A stretch of DNA of 64,000 nt. Origin: Longimicrobiales bacterium. Lineage in GTDB: Bacteria; Gemmatimonadota; Gemmatimonadetes; Longimicrobiales; Gaopeijiaceae. The DNA is taken from NCBI GenBank assembly GCA_965226375.1, contig CBDDCX010000008.1, positions 1,952,001 through 2,016,000 of the forward strand, read 5' to 3'. The translations under genes and the position numbers were made by a program. Below the pieces are notes generated by a model that did not search any database, was not told the DNA's origin, and saw only the letters and a list, made by a program, of their open reading frames with translations. Positions 1 through 10,071 of this stretch are shown here, piece by piece. Every line of letters begins with the position of its first letter. Position 1 is the first letter of the stretch.

Positions 1-98
1 CCCTCTCCGAGTGGCTCGCTGTGAACGCAAGTCAGATCCCGATCGAGTAGACCGTCCAGGGCAAGGAGACCCCATCGAGACGCTTTCGAGGTAGCTGA

Positions 99-1307
99 GT
101 GCCGGTTCCCTCCCTCCCCCTCGATCAGGTCGTTCGGCTCTGGTTTTATCGGCAGGGCCTGTCCGCGCCACGCGGCTCCTCGAAGCTCGGCAAACGTACG
201 CTCACCGAGCACCTCGAACGGACCGGAGCACTCCAGCTGGACTCCGTCAACGTCGTCGACCGGGCCCACTACCTGACGCTCTGGAGCCGCTTCGGTGTGT
301 ACGACCCCAAGCGCCTGGATCGCTTGGTCTATGGAGACAAGGTGGGCTTCGACTACTGGGGACACGAAGCCTCGATCCGGCCGCTCTCGCACCTTCCGCT
401 GGGCCGTCGACGGATGCGCAGCTTCCCTCCGAAGAGCTGGAGCGGCAAGTCGTGGTGGAGCGTGTACGAGACCTCGACCACATCGAAGCGCCGGGTCTTG
501 AAACGGCTCCGAGACGAAGGACCGCTGGAGAGCGTCGATTTCGAGAGACACCCCGGAGAACGCACTGACCCACGGGGAGGTAGCCTGCCCCTCCCGAAGG
601 AGGACAAGCGGTCCCTCAAGGTGCTCTGGCACGCCGGGCGGGTGGGGATACGGGCGCGCCGACACTTCCGATGTGTGTACGACCTGGCGGAGAGGGTGTA
701 TCCCCCGGGGTCCACCACGAGCACCACCGAGTTCGAGGATAGCTGGCTCCTTATCGGTCTCTCGGGCAACGGCGTCGCCAGTGAACGACACCTGGCGAAC
801 TACTTCACCGCGCCCGATCTGAGCGCGCCGGACCGGAAGCGGGTGATCGCGCGCAACCTGAAGAATGGACGCATTGTTGAGGTCCGCGTGGCCGGTCTGC
901 CGGGGCCGTTCTATGCGCTTCCCGAACACCTAGACGGGGCGGACGACCTTCCCGAGCCCGAAGGCACCACGCTCATCTGCCCGTTTGATTCCCTGCTATG
1001 GCAGAGAAAGCGAGCCGAACAGCTTCTGGGCTTCCACTATCGCATCGAGATCTATGTGCCAGCGGCAAAGCGGGAGTTCGGGTACTACGTGCTGCCCATC
1101 CTACATGACGGGAGACTCGTCGGGCGACTGGATCCGAAACTACACCGGGACCGGAACGAGTTGGAGATCAAAGCCATCTATCTGGAACCCGGCTTCGCGC
1201 AAAACGGGAGGTTCAACCGAGGCCTGGCGGAGACGCTCGAGAGCCTGCGGGAGCACCTAGGTGCCGACCGGCTCAGTCTTCCCAGGGGATGGGGTCGCCT
1301 CGGGTAG
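99..1307 (+). CDS. YcaQ/AlkZ-like (HTH_42) crosslink-repair DNA glycosylase
   Basis: 402-aa ORF with QLDSVNVV (QxD) motif, YWGHEAS, PFDSLLW and YRIEIYVP..KREFGYYVLP motifs typical of the family. Confidence 0.85.
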   Translation: MPVPSLPLDQVVRLWFYRQGLSAPRGSSKLGKRTLTEHLERTGALQLDSVNVVDRAHYLTLWSRFGVYDPKRLDRLVYGDKVGFDYWGHEASIRPLSHLPLGRRRMRSFPPKSWSGKSWWSVYETSTTSKRRVLKRLRDEGPLESVDFERHPGERTDPRGGSLPLPKEDKRSLKVLWHAGRVGIRARRHFRCVYDLAERVYPPGSTTSTTEFEDSWLLIGLSGNGVASERHLANYFTAPDLSAPDRKRVIARNLKNGRIVEVRVAGLPGPFYALPEHLDGADDLPEPEGTTLICPFDSLLWQRKRAEQLLGFHYRIEIYVPAAKREFGYYVLPILHDGRLVGRLDPKLHRDRNELEIKAIYLEPGFAQNGRFNRGLAETLESLREHLGADRLSLPRGWGRLG

Positions 1308-1361
1308 CGCCCGGACGCTCAGTCGGCAGGGCAAGGCGCGTCGGACGGCTTGCCAGCGCCT

Positions 1362-2933
1362 TCAAGGGGGGCCAGCCTCCGTTTCGGGACCCAGGTCGGT
1401 CGTCCCCGCGAGGCGTGCCCGGAACTGGGACTCCCTCTCCGGGGAGAGTGTGGTAAACAGTGAGACGGCGGGAACTACGAGCAGTGGAACCACCGTGGTT
1501 ACATAGGCCGGATCGAGCCCCTCGCCCTGCCCCGTCAGCAGCGTCACCAGTAGTCGAACCGGAGCGGACGCCCCTTCCGGGGCCAGCAGACCGATCCAGA
1601 GGGCCCATTTGACCAGAGCGAACCAGACCACCCCGGCTGCATAGCCCGTGAGCATTCCCCAGTAGGCGCCCTGCTCGGTGGTCCGCCGCCAATAGAGTAC
1701 GAACGCGACCACGATCGCCGCCGGCAGCACCATCGCGAACGCGAAGAGGAGCAGGTCCAGGATCGAGACCCGGGTGCTCATCGCGATCCACCAGGCAATC
1801 ACTGCCGATACGAAGGCGAACGCCACGGTGACCGCCCGGTAGGCACGTAGCCTCCGCTCAGACGAGTATGCCGTCGCCGCGGGGATCCAGTCCCGAACGA
1901 ACATGGTGGCGCTCGACAAGAGGATGGGCCCGCCAGACGAGATGACCGCCGCCAGTACGGCGGCGAGGGCGATTCCCCCCATGACGGGGCTGATCTCGGC
2001 CGCCAGGGTGGTCAGGTTTCGGTAGCCGGCCAGTCCCGATTCCGGTCCGAAGCGGGCCACCGTAAGGATGCCGACGAGCCCCGCGAGCACGGGCATCAGA
2101 GCGGCGATGGCTCCGCCGGCGATGAACGCGGGCGCCAGGCTTCGCTCGTTCCGAATCGCAGTAGAGTAGTTGGCGTAGATCGACGCGGCGGGAGAGTGGA
2201 CCGTCGCGGAGAAAAACATGGCCAGAATCGCCATCCAACCTCCTCCGGCAAAGCCCCACCACCTCGCCTGGGAGCCGGAGGACGATGCCAACTGCGCGTT
2301 CACCTGCTCCGTCACGGACTCCCATCCACCAAGCTCGCGGAGACCGAGGATCCCCACCGCGAACAGGGACCCAAGGATCACGATGCAGTGGATGACATTG
2401 GTGACGGCCGTGCCCCAAAGGCCACCAAGAGACACATACGTGGCCAGGACCACGGCGGCGATCAGCGTACCGTGCAGCATGGAGAGGGGCGTCAGCGAGC
2501 TGATGATGACACCGATGACGTACGCCTCAATCACGATGATTATGGCGTACTCGGTCTGCACACATAAGCTCGTCAGCCACTGGCATCGCTTAGAGCCGAA
2601 GCGGATCAAGAACAGTTCGCCTACGGTTTGGAGCCGCAACCGCCGGTAATAGACGGCGAAGGCGAGACCCACCAGCACGAGGGCGGCGAAAGAGCTGATC
2701 CCGTACCACCACATGTTCCAGACACCACCGGTCACGACATCGCCGGCTACACCGTACGTGCCGGCACCTCCGATACGCGCCCCCGCGAGGCCGAAGGCCA
2801 CGAGCACTCCCGACATGCCTCCACTGGCCACGGCCCAGTCGCTGGAGCCTTTCGATCGCCTGGCCATGAGGGCGCCCACGACGGTGACGCCAATCAGGTA
2901 GAGGACGATGACAGTGACTGCGATGTAGTCCAC
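1362..2933 (-). CDS. Sodium:solute symporter family protein
   Basis: 523 aa, many hydrophobic segments; YVSLGGLWGTAVTNVIH and LAAVISS motifs of SSS transporters. Confidence 0.85.
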   Translation of the reverse strand: MDYIAVTVIVLYLIGVTVVGALMARRSKGSSDWAVASGGMSGVLVAFGLAGARIGGAGTYGVAGDVVTGGVWNMWWYGISSFAALVLVGLAFAVYYRRLRLQTVGELFLIRFGSKRCQWLTSLCVQTEYAIIIVIEAYVIGVIISSLTPLSMLHGTLIAAVVLATYVSLGGLWGTAVTNVIHCIVILGSLFAVGILGLRELGGWESVTEQVNAQLASSSGSQARWWGFAGGGWMAILAMFFSATVHSPAASIYANYSTAIRNERSLAPAFIAGGAIAALMPVLAGLVGILTVARFGPESGLAGYRNLTTLAAEISPVMGGIALAAVLAAVISSGGPILLSSATMFVRDWIPAATAYSSERRLRAYRAVTVAFAFVSAVIAWWIAMSTRVSILDLLLFAFAMVLPAAIVVAFVLYWRRTTEQGAYWGMLTGYAAGVVWFALVKWALWIGLLAPEGASAPVRLLVTLLTGQGEGLDPAYVTTVVPLLVVPAVSLFTTLSPERESQFRARLAGTTDLGPETEAGPP

Positions 2934-3362
2934 TCAGGCTCCCAACGCGAAGTACGGCCCCGACCGAGCGCTCCAGGAGCCACCACGGGGCAGCGGGGCG
3001 ATACCCGGGGCCGTGAAGCAACCGACTCGGCCGAGTGGGATAACCTCCGGGGGGCCGTCATGCAAACGAACTGCCCTCCCTCGTGAAGGGCAGCCCCGTC
3101 GACGGCCGAGCACACTATGCACCCGCCGAGCCCGGACGAAGCACTACCAGTGGGACCCTCAGAGGCTCTCGGGGTATTCGGTTCTCCACGGGACGAATAG
3201 CGTCGCCCTGCCGCTTTAGGTAAACCGATGTCCAATTCTTCATCGACACAGTTTCCGTTCAGAACCCGCCTTAGCCTGACGCACCTAATCCCTCTCTGCC
3301 AACGTACGTGAGACACGGAGCACGCAAAGAATTAGAGTAGGGCGAAGGCAGAGAAAACGAAC

Positions 3363-3812
3363 ATGTTGGGACTGCGAGAGAGAATGGCAGAGAATGGTAG
3401 TGCCCCTGGAACCGGGGAGGCCAAGCGAAGCGCGGCAGCTCCTGCGGACCCGGAGGTAGTAGATAGGCCGCTACGGCGGCGGTTCAGTCCGTCGTACAAG
3501 CTGCGGATCGTCGAAGAAGCGGACCGGTGCACCGAGCCCGGCGAGGTGGGTCAAGTCCTGCGGCGAGAGGGCCTGTACTCGTCGCACCTGACGACGTGGC
3601 GCAAGGCGGCGCATAGCGGGTCGCTGAAGGCCCTGTCGAAGAAACGCGGCCGCAAGCCGGAGCGAAATCCGCTGGATGAGAAGGTACGCAAGCTGGAGCG
3701 GCGAAACGCACGGCTCGGGAATGAGCTCAGGAAGGCACACCTGATCATCGACGTGCAGGGAAAAGTTGCGGGGCTGCTGGGGATAAGCCTCGACGACGGG
3801 ACAAACTCTTGA
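3363..3812 (+). CDS. IS3-family transposase OrfA
   Basis: RRRFSPSYKLRIV...LRREGLYSSHLTTWR HTH-like region; same protein as 8338-8787. Confidence 0.85.
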   Translation: MLGLRERMAENGSAPGTGEAKRSAAAPADPEVVDRPLRRRFSPSYKLRIVEEADRCTEPGEVGQVLRREGLYSSHLTTWRKAAHSGSLKALSKKRGRKPERNPLDEKVRKLERRNARLGNELRKAHLIIDVQGKVAGLLGISLDDGTNS

Positions 3813-4441
3813 AGGCGGCCGATGAGCTGGCTAAGCACGTCGGTGTAAAACCGGCGTGCGCGGCCCTCGAGGTCTCCCGATCGACGTTGTACCGTCGTCG
3901 AGGCCCATCAACCGGGCAACAGCAGCCCCGCCCGACGCCCGCCCGGGCATTGAGCGAGACGGAACGAGGCGAGGTCTTCGACACGCTGTGTTCGGAGCGG
4001 TTCGTGGACCGCTCACCCGCCGAGGTGGTGGCCACGCTGCTCGACGAAGAGGTCTACCTGTGCAGCGAACGCACGATGTATCGTGTTCTGGCCTCCGAGG
4101 TGCCGGTTCAGGAACGCCGGGCGCAGCGCACCCATCCCGAGTACAAGAAGCCCGAGTTGATGGCCACGGCGCCGAACCAGGTGTGGTCCTGGGATATCAC
4201 GCGGCTGCTCGGGCCGAAGAAGTGGAGCTATTACTACCTCTACGTCATCATGGACATCTACAGCCGCTACGTCGGGAACGCCGATCAGGTCATTGCCGGC
4301 AGGAAATCCGTGCTCCGCGAAGCATGGGCCGCTCATCCCGAACGCTTCGTCAGAGGTGTGCCGAAGCCCAAACCGCTCCCGGAGGCCGTCTTCATCAATC
4401 CTCCCATCCCTTCCCTCACCACACAGGACATTGCTCTCTAA
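3809..4441 (+). pseudogene. IS3-family OrfB lacking most of the DDE core
   Basis: 210 aa vs 335 aa in copy 2; segment containing HSDRG and NPFSEA is missing. Confidence 0.88.
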
Positions 4442-6848
4442 TTAATCCCGTAGAGTGTCCCATTGTCGTTGACAGGTTCCGAATCGACTTCTGGGAGCGT
4501 CAGAGCATCGATGAGAGTTCTCCGTACTCGGCTCTGGCAGGTGTGATCGTCAAAGAGCTGGAGGGGGCCCCAGAGCTCCGGAAGGCGATCGACGACGAGT
4601 CGGTACTCGACGGACACCGTGAATTGATCGACCTCATGATGACCGCCATGGTCCCGCCGGCTCGCCGCGACGACTACTACGCGATGGCGGTCAAACCCTT
4701 CGGCGACGTCCCGTTTTACGAGTCACCGGCATGGCAGAGACTCGGGTTCGAGGATGTCGCACAGTTCAAGGAACGTCTCAATATCCCGCCGGACCAGATG
4801 GCCTTCGGGAAGCTCATGTGGGCCTATGAGGCCCTCTTGGTATCGTGGCTGGGTATCGAGGCGGACCTCGACTACGCTCTCGTCTTGACGGTACATGACG
4901 AGGAGATCGGTCTCGACCGCTACTTCTCTCTGAACATCGATCCGCGCTTTGTTTCGGTGAGTCCCGTTCGAGACATCGAAAAGCCCTCGTCTGAGGACAT
5001 CGCAAGGCTGCTGGCCGAACCGACGGACCTGGACCTCTGGGCCGAGTTGCTTCCGCCCGACGCCTTCGAGTTCGAAGGGATGACGGTGCTTTCGGCGGTC
5101 GACGTGACGTTACATGAGGTGGTTTCGCGGCTAAAGAACGACCTCATCGAGAAGGACTCGATGGCCTCGCCGCAGAAGATCGATCGCCTGCAGCATCGCA
5201 TGCGGAATCTCATGGGCTCCCCCGACCTCAGCCTAGGACTGATCGCTTTTGACCGACGCGCTGACGTCGACGCGATCGAGGGAGCGCGAGCGGTGGGTAG
5301 GAGCCTCCTTCTCTGCGAGGAATGTGCCCCCAGTTGTCCCAATCGGGCCGAGTCATATTACGCAGGAGTCTTCGAGGGTACGGACCCCGTCATCGTGCGC
5401 GATCTGCGGCAGGTCGAGATCCGCACCGGCTACGAACTTCGCCTGCGGGAACACGGCCACCGAAGCCTGCTTCTGTACCCGCTCTACGTCGACGATCAAC
5501 TCGTCGGCCTTATGGAACTCGCATCGCCTGAATCGGGCGACCTGAACGCGTTCAACGCCCGCCGGCTCGTGGACGTTGTTCCACTCTTCGCGACCGCGCT
5601 AAAGCGGAATCTGGATGGACTTGAGGACCGCGTTCAGGCAGTCATCAAACGTAAGTACACCGCGATCCATTCGTCCGTCGAATGGCGTTTCCGAGAGGCG
5701 GCGCTGGGTTACCTAGAGGGACTGGAAGGCGGAGAAGCCAATCCAGAGCTGGAACAGATTGTTTTCCACGAGGTGTACCCGCTCTACGCGCTCGCCGACA
5801 TCCGCGGTTCATCGACGATCCGCAACGACGCTATCCGGGCTGATCTCAGTGAACAGCTACAGCTGGCACTTGATGTGATCAATGCCGCCGGTCAGATCCG
5901 ACCCCTTCCGGCACTGGAAGAAGTCGGGTACCTGATTGCGAGTCATCTAGGACGCATCGAGTCCGGGCTTCGGACTGAGGACGAGTCCGTCGTGCTCGAC
6001 CTTCTCCGGCGCGAGGTTGAGCCGCTGTTCGGGCAACTCTCGGCCTACGGGAGTGAAGTTGCTGAGAGGGTGGACGAGTATCGGGCTACCCTCGACCCTG
6101 AGTTGGACATCGTCTATCGGCGCCGTAAGGACTTCGAGCAGAGCGTAGCCAGGCTCAACGACTCCATCTCCACGACGTTGGACGCGGAGGAGGAGCGCGC
6201 CCAGGCGATGTTCCCCCACTTCTTCGAGAAGTTCAAGACGGACGGGGTCGACTACAATATCTATGCCGGCGCCGCATTACATGAAGATGGGGTCTTCGAC
6301 GAACTGTATCTGCGCAACCTCCGGATCTGGCAGCTCATGACGACCTGCCGGATCGACTGGGCACTCGACCGTATCAAGGACGACCTTCCGGTGCCGCTGG
6401 AGGCGACTCACCTGATCCTGGTACAGCACCACCCGCTGTCGATCCGATTCCGGGTGGACGAAAAGCGGTTCGACGTGGACGGGGCATACGACATCCGCTA
6501 CGAGATCGTCAAGAAACGGATCGACAAGGCTCTCATTCGGGGAAGCAGCGAGCGTGTTACTCAGCCGGGCCAGCTCGCCATCGTCTACTCCACGGCCAGC
6601 GAGGCCGCTGAATACCGGAGGTATGTCGAGTTCCTCCAGAGCAAGGGGTACTTCGCACCGGGGCTAGAGGAGCTCGAACTGGAGGACCTGCAGGGCATCT
6701 ACGGGCTCAAAGCACTCCGTGTCACCATCGCCGACCGCGAGGAGGTGGAGGATGCCCCGGATGTCGGTCGCCCGTCAGCTGAGGAGATCGAGCACGTCTT
6801 GACCGGGGGCCAGGCCTGACAGAGCGCTCGCGCATCGCGTGACGTAGG

Positions 6849-7889
6849 TCATACGTTGAACCGAACGTGCATGATGTCGCCGTCAGAGACCACGTAGTCC
6901 TTCCCTTCGACCTGAAGTCGCCCTGCGTCCTTGACCGCCTGCTCGGAGCCGAGTTCCTTAAAGGCCTCATATGGAGTGACCTCGGCACGAATGAACCCGC
7001 GCTCGAGGTCCGAGTGGATCCGCCCCGCGGCGGGCCGGGCCGTGGTGCCACGCCGGATGGTCCACGCCCTCACTTCGTCCTCACCCACGGTGAAGAACGA
7101 GATGAGATCGAGCAGACCGTAAGCCGTGCGGATGAACCTGGCCAGAGCGGAGTCGCCCAGGCCGAGGTCATCCAGGAACACGGCTTGATCCTCGGCGTGG
7201 AGCCCGGCGATCTCGGCTTCCACGCTGGCGGAGAGCACGAGGCCCGCAGCCTCTAGCTCACTCAGACGGGAAGCCAGGTCCGAGGGCAGCGGGTCACCGG
7301 CACGGTCCTCGGCACGATTGAGGGCCACGAGGAGCGGCCGGTCCGAGAGCAAGCCATAGCCCTTCAGGTAATCCCGATTCAGATCGTCCGCCGGAACGGA
7401 TCGAAGCGGGCGCTCCTCCTCGAGTGCGGCTCGCATTGTCTCGAACGCAGCCACTTCCTGAGCGTCGGCCCGTTCCTTCTTCGCCCGCTCCAACCGTCGC
7501 TCCACGATCTCGAGATCGGCGAAGATGCTCTCCGTGTGAAACGCCTCGAGACCACCCATGGGATCGGGGGCACCCTCGATCGCGGGGTTGTCGAAGTCCC
7601 GGAGCACCAGGCACAGCGCCTCTTGATCCCGGATCTGTTGGAGGGCTCGCGCCGAGAGTCCCTTCTTCTCCGCACCGTGTTCTCCGGGGATGTCGCAGAA
7701 GCTCATCTCGGCATACGTGGTCTTCTTGGGCGAGAAGACCACGGAGAGCTCGTCGATGCGCCTATCCGGCACCCTCACGGTGCCCAGGCGCACTTCACCA
7801 CCGAACCCCACAGGCACGTCCAGACCCGTCATCGCATTGAATACCGTGGTCTTCCCAGAGCCCGCAAATCCAACCAAACCGATCTTCAT
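6849..7889 (-). CDS. ychF: YchF/Obg-like ATPase (DUF933 C-terminus)
   Basis: P-loop GFAGSGKTT, DIPG, FFTVGEDEVRAW, IHSDLERGFIRAEV, EGKDYVVSDGDIMHVRFNV. Confidence 0.88.
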   Translation of the reverse strand: MKIGLVGFAGSGKTTVFNAMTGLDVPVGFGGEVRLGTVRVPDRRIDELSVVFSPKKTTYAEMSFCDIPGEHGAEKKGLSARALQQIRDQEALCLVLRDFDNPAIEGAPDPMGGLEAFHTESIFADLEIVERRLERAKKERADAQEVAAFETMRAALEEERPLRSVPADDLNRDYLKGYGLLSDRPLLVALNRAEDRAGDPLPSDLASRLSELEAAGLVLSASVEAEIAGLHAEDQAVFLDDLGLGDSALARFIRTAYGLLDLISFFTVGEDEVRAWTIRRGTTARPAAGRIHSDLERGFIRAEVTPYEAFKELGSEQAVKDAGRLQVEGKDYVVSDGDIMHVRFNV

Positions 7890-8115
7890 TACATCTCCGT
7901 CTTTTCAGGAAGCATACAGCATAGCGGAAACCGCGACGCATACCTGTCCGCTCGCAGACCGGGCATCCCGCCTATGGGAACAGTGGCAAATTTGTTTGCA
8001 GATGCCTGGACACAGGCTGGATTCCGAAAGGAATAATTTCGCCGATTCGGAAAACTATCCCTCCGTTTTCGGACTTTTCCACAACGAAAAAGCCCGTTGA
8101 TCGGCCCCTTTTCGC

Positions 8116-8131
8116 TGGCACGGATCTCGCT
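8116..8131 (+). promoter_or_regulatory. Candidate sigma-54 promoter
   Basis: TGGCACGGATCTCGCT, one mismatch to TGGCACG-N4-TTGCW; AT-rich inverted repeat upstream at about 8048-8073. Confidence 0.5.
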
Positions 8132-8337
8132 CTCCTCAAACCCTTGCAGTCCATTCCAAGCAGCATCTCCACCGGTCGTCCTCACCCCGAGGTGATGAGT
8201 CAGGAGAAGCTCCGAGCGGGAGATCTCCTTTGCGAATCTTCTCGTTCCCACCCCGTGCCGGATGCCCTCTCTGCCAACGTACGTGAGACACGGAGCACGC
8301 AAAGAATTAGAGTAGGGCGAAGGCAGAGAAAACGAAC

Positions 8338-8787
8338 ATGTTGGGACTGCGAGAGAGAATGGCAGAGAATGGTAGTGCCCCTGGAACCGGGGAGGCCAAG
8401 CGAAGCGCGGCAGCTCCTGCGGACCCGGAGGTAGTAGATAGGCCGCTACGGCGGCGGTTCAGTCCGTCGTACAAGCTGCGGATCGTCGAAGAAGCGGACC
8501 GGTGCACCGAGCCCGGCGAGGTGGGTCAAGTCCTGCGGCGAGAGGGCCTGTACTCGTCGCACCTGACGACGTGGCGCAAGGCGGCGCATAGCGGGTCGCT
8601 GAAGGCCCTGTCGAAGAAACGCGGCCGCAAGCCGGAGCGAAATCCGCTGGATGAGAAGGTACGCAAGCTGGAGCGGCGAAACGCACGGCTCGGGAATGAG
8701 CTCAGGAAGGCACACCTGATCATCGACGTGCAGGGAAAAGTTGCGGGGCTGCTGGGGATAAGCCTCGACGACGGGACAAACTCTTGA
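8338..8787 (+). CDS. IS3-family transposase OrfA
   Basis: Same translation as 3363-3812. Confidence 0.85.
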   Translation: MLGLRERMAENGSAPGTGEAKRSAAAPADPEVVDRPLRRRFSPSYKLRIVEEADRCTEPGEVGQVLRREGLYSSHLTTWRKAAHSGSLKALSKKRGRKPERNPLDEKVRKLERRNARLGNELRKAHLIIDVQGKVAGLLGISLDDGTNS

Positions 8788-9791
8788 AGGCGGCCGATGA
8801 GCTGGCTAAGCACGTCGGTGTAAAACCGGCGTGCGCGGCCCTCGAGGTCTCCCGATCGACGTTGTACCGTCGTCGAGGCCCATCAACCGGGCAACAGCAG
8901 CCCCGCCCGACGCCCGCCCGGGCATTGAGCGAGACGGAACGAGGCGAGGTCTTCGACACGCTGTGTTCGGAGCGGTTCGTGGACCGCTCACCCGCCGAGG
9001 TGGTGGCCACGCTGCTCGACGAAGAGGTCTACCTGTGCAGCGAACGCACGATGTATCGTGTTCTGGCCTCCGAGGTGCCGGTTCAGGAACGCCGGGCGCA
9101 GCGCACCCATCCCGAGTACAAGAAGCCCGAGTTGATGGCCACGGCGCCGAACCAGGTGTGGTCCTGGGATATCACGCGGCTGCTCGGGCCGAAGAAGTGG
9201 AGCTATTACTACCTCTACGTCATCATGGACATCTACAGCCGCTACGTCGTGGGCTGGATGGTGGCGGACCGGGAGAACTCGGCCCTGGCCGGCCGGTTGA
9301 TCCAGCAGAGCTGCCTGAAGCATGGCGTCCAGCCCCGGGTCCTGACCCTGCACTCGGATCGGGGAGCTCCAATGACGAGCCAATGCACCGCTCAACTTCT
9401 CGCTGACCTCGGCGTGACCCGCTCGTTGAGCCGGCCTCAGGTGTCGGATGACAACCCGTTTTCCGAGGCTCAGTTCAAAACCTTGAAGTACCATCCCTCG
9501 TTTCCCGGACGGTTCGGGGATCAGGGCCAAGCCAAGACGTTCTGTCGATCGTTCTTCCGCTGGTACAATGCCGAGCACCGCCATGGCGGCATCTCGATGC
9601 TAACCCCCGAGCAGGTCCACTTCGGGAACGCCGATCAGGTCATTGCCGGCAGGAAATCCGTGCTCCGCGAAGCATGGGCCGCTCATCCCGAACGCTTCGT
9701 CAGAGGTGTGCCGAATCCCAAACCGCTCCCGGAGGCCGTCTTCATCAATCCTCCCATCCCTTCCCTCACCACACAGGACATTGCTCTCTAA
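8784..9791 (+). CDS. IS3-family transposase OrfB (DDE integrase core)
   Basis: PNQVWSWDIT, DIYSRYVVGW, LHSDRG, DNPFSEAQFKTLK, WYNAEHRH motifs. Confidence 0.93.
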   Translation: MKAADELAKHVGVKPACAALEVSRSTLYRRRGPSTGQQQPRPTPARALSETERGEVFDTLCSERFVDRSPAEVVATLLDEEVYLCSERTMYRVLASEVPVQERRAQRTHPEYKKPELMATAPNQVWSWDITRLLGPKKWSYYYLYVIMDIYSRYVVGWMVADRENSALAGRLIQQSCLKHGVQPRVLTLHSDRGAPMTSQCTAQLLADLGVTRSLSRPQVSDDNPFSEAQFKTLKYHPSFPGRFGDQGQAKTFCRSFFRWYNAEHRHGGISMLTPEQVHFGNADQVIAGRKSVLREAWAAHPERFVRGVPNPKPLPEAVFINPPIPSLTTQDIAL

Positions 9792-9924
9792 TTAATCCCG
9801 TAGAGTGTCCCATTGTCGTTGACAGGTTCCGCTGCGCCGGCTCGGGTCAGTCGCTGCTCGTATTGCAGGTTTGTCCCAGACACTGGGATGGCGGGCAGTT
9901 TCTCGGCCGCAGGAGAAACGAACC

Positions 9925-10071
9925 ATGTACAGGACACCGACCTCATCAGGAGGCGCCGGATTCTTCACCTTCTTACTCCTAGTCTTTGGTGCCCTGTACC
10001 TGGGGGCGTGTCCGGATTCCACGGGGACGCTCGAGCCACAGGAAGCACAGGTTCGTCCCTGGAGCTACTAG
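9925..10071 (+). CDS. Short or truncated lipoprotein (48 aa)
   Basis: AGGAGA upstream; hydrophobic stretch followed by lipobox-like LGAC, then only about 19 residues. Confidence 0.4.
   Translation: MYRTPTSSGGAGFFTFLLLVFGALYLGACPDSTGTLEPQEAQVRPWSY

Larger units (their letters stand above)
3291..4481 (+). mobile_element. IS3-family insertion sequence, copy 1, with 375-bp internal deletion
   Basis: Near-identical to 8266-9831; subterminal IRs TGCCAACGTACGTGAGACAC / GTGTCCCATTGTCGTTGACA; AATC (or ATC) on both flanks. Confidence 0.92.
3228..6819 (+). pseudogene. Large GAF-domain-containing protein interrupted after codon 21 by an IS3-family element
   Basis: ATG 3228 reads MSNSSSTQFPFRTRLSLTHLI and continues in frame as DFWERQ... 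after the IS once the duplicated ATC is removed; GAF-like SLLLYPLYVDDQLVGLMEL and FEKFKTDGVDYNIY motifs. Confidence 0.8.
8266..9831 (+). mobile_element. IS3-family insertion sequence, copy 2 (apparently intact)
   Basis: orfA/orfB pair, same ends as copy 1, slippery GGGAAAA at 8733-8739. Confidence 0.93.

Noticed and set aside
3856..6819. 987-aa ORF as a native single gene
   Set aside because: Its first ~209 codons are an alternative frame of IS DNA; the native start is ATG 3228.
8257..8265. GCCGGATGC resembling enterobacterial REP sequences
   Set aside because: Short match, and I did not see it repeated in the window.
3291..9831. Composite transposon carrying the GAF gene and ychF between two direct IS copies
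   Set aside because: Each copy has its own flanking duplication, and copy 1 splits a gene whose start lies outside; independent insertions fit better.
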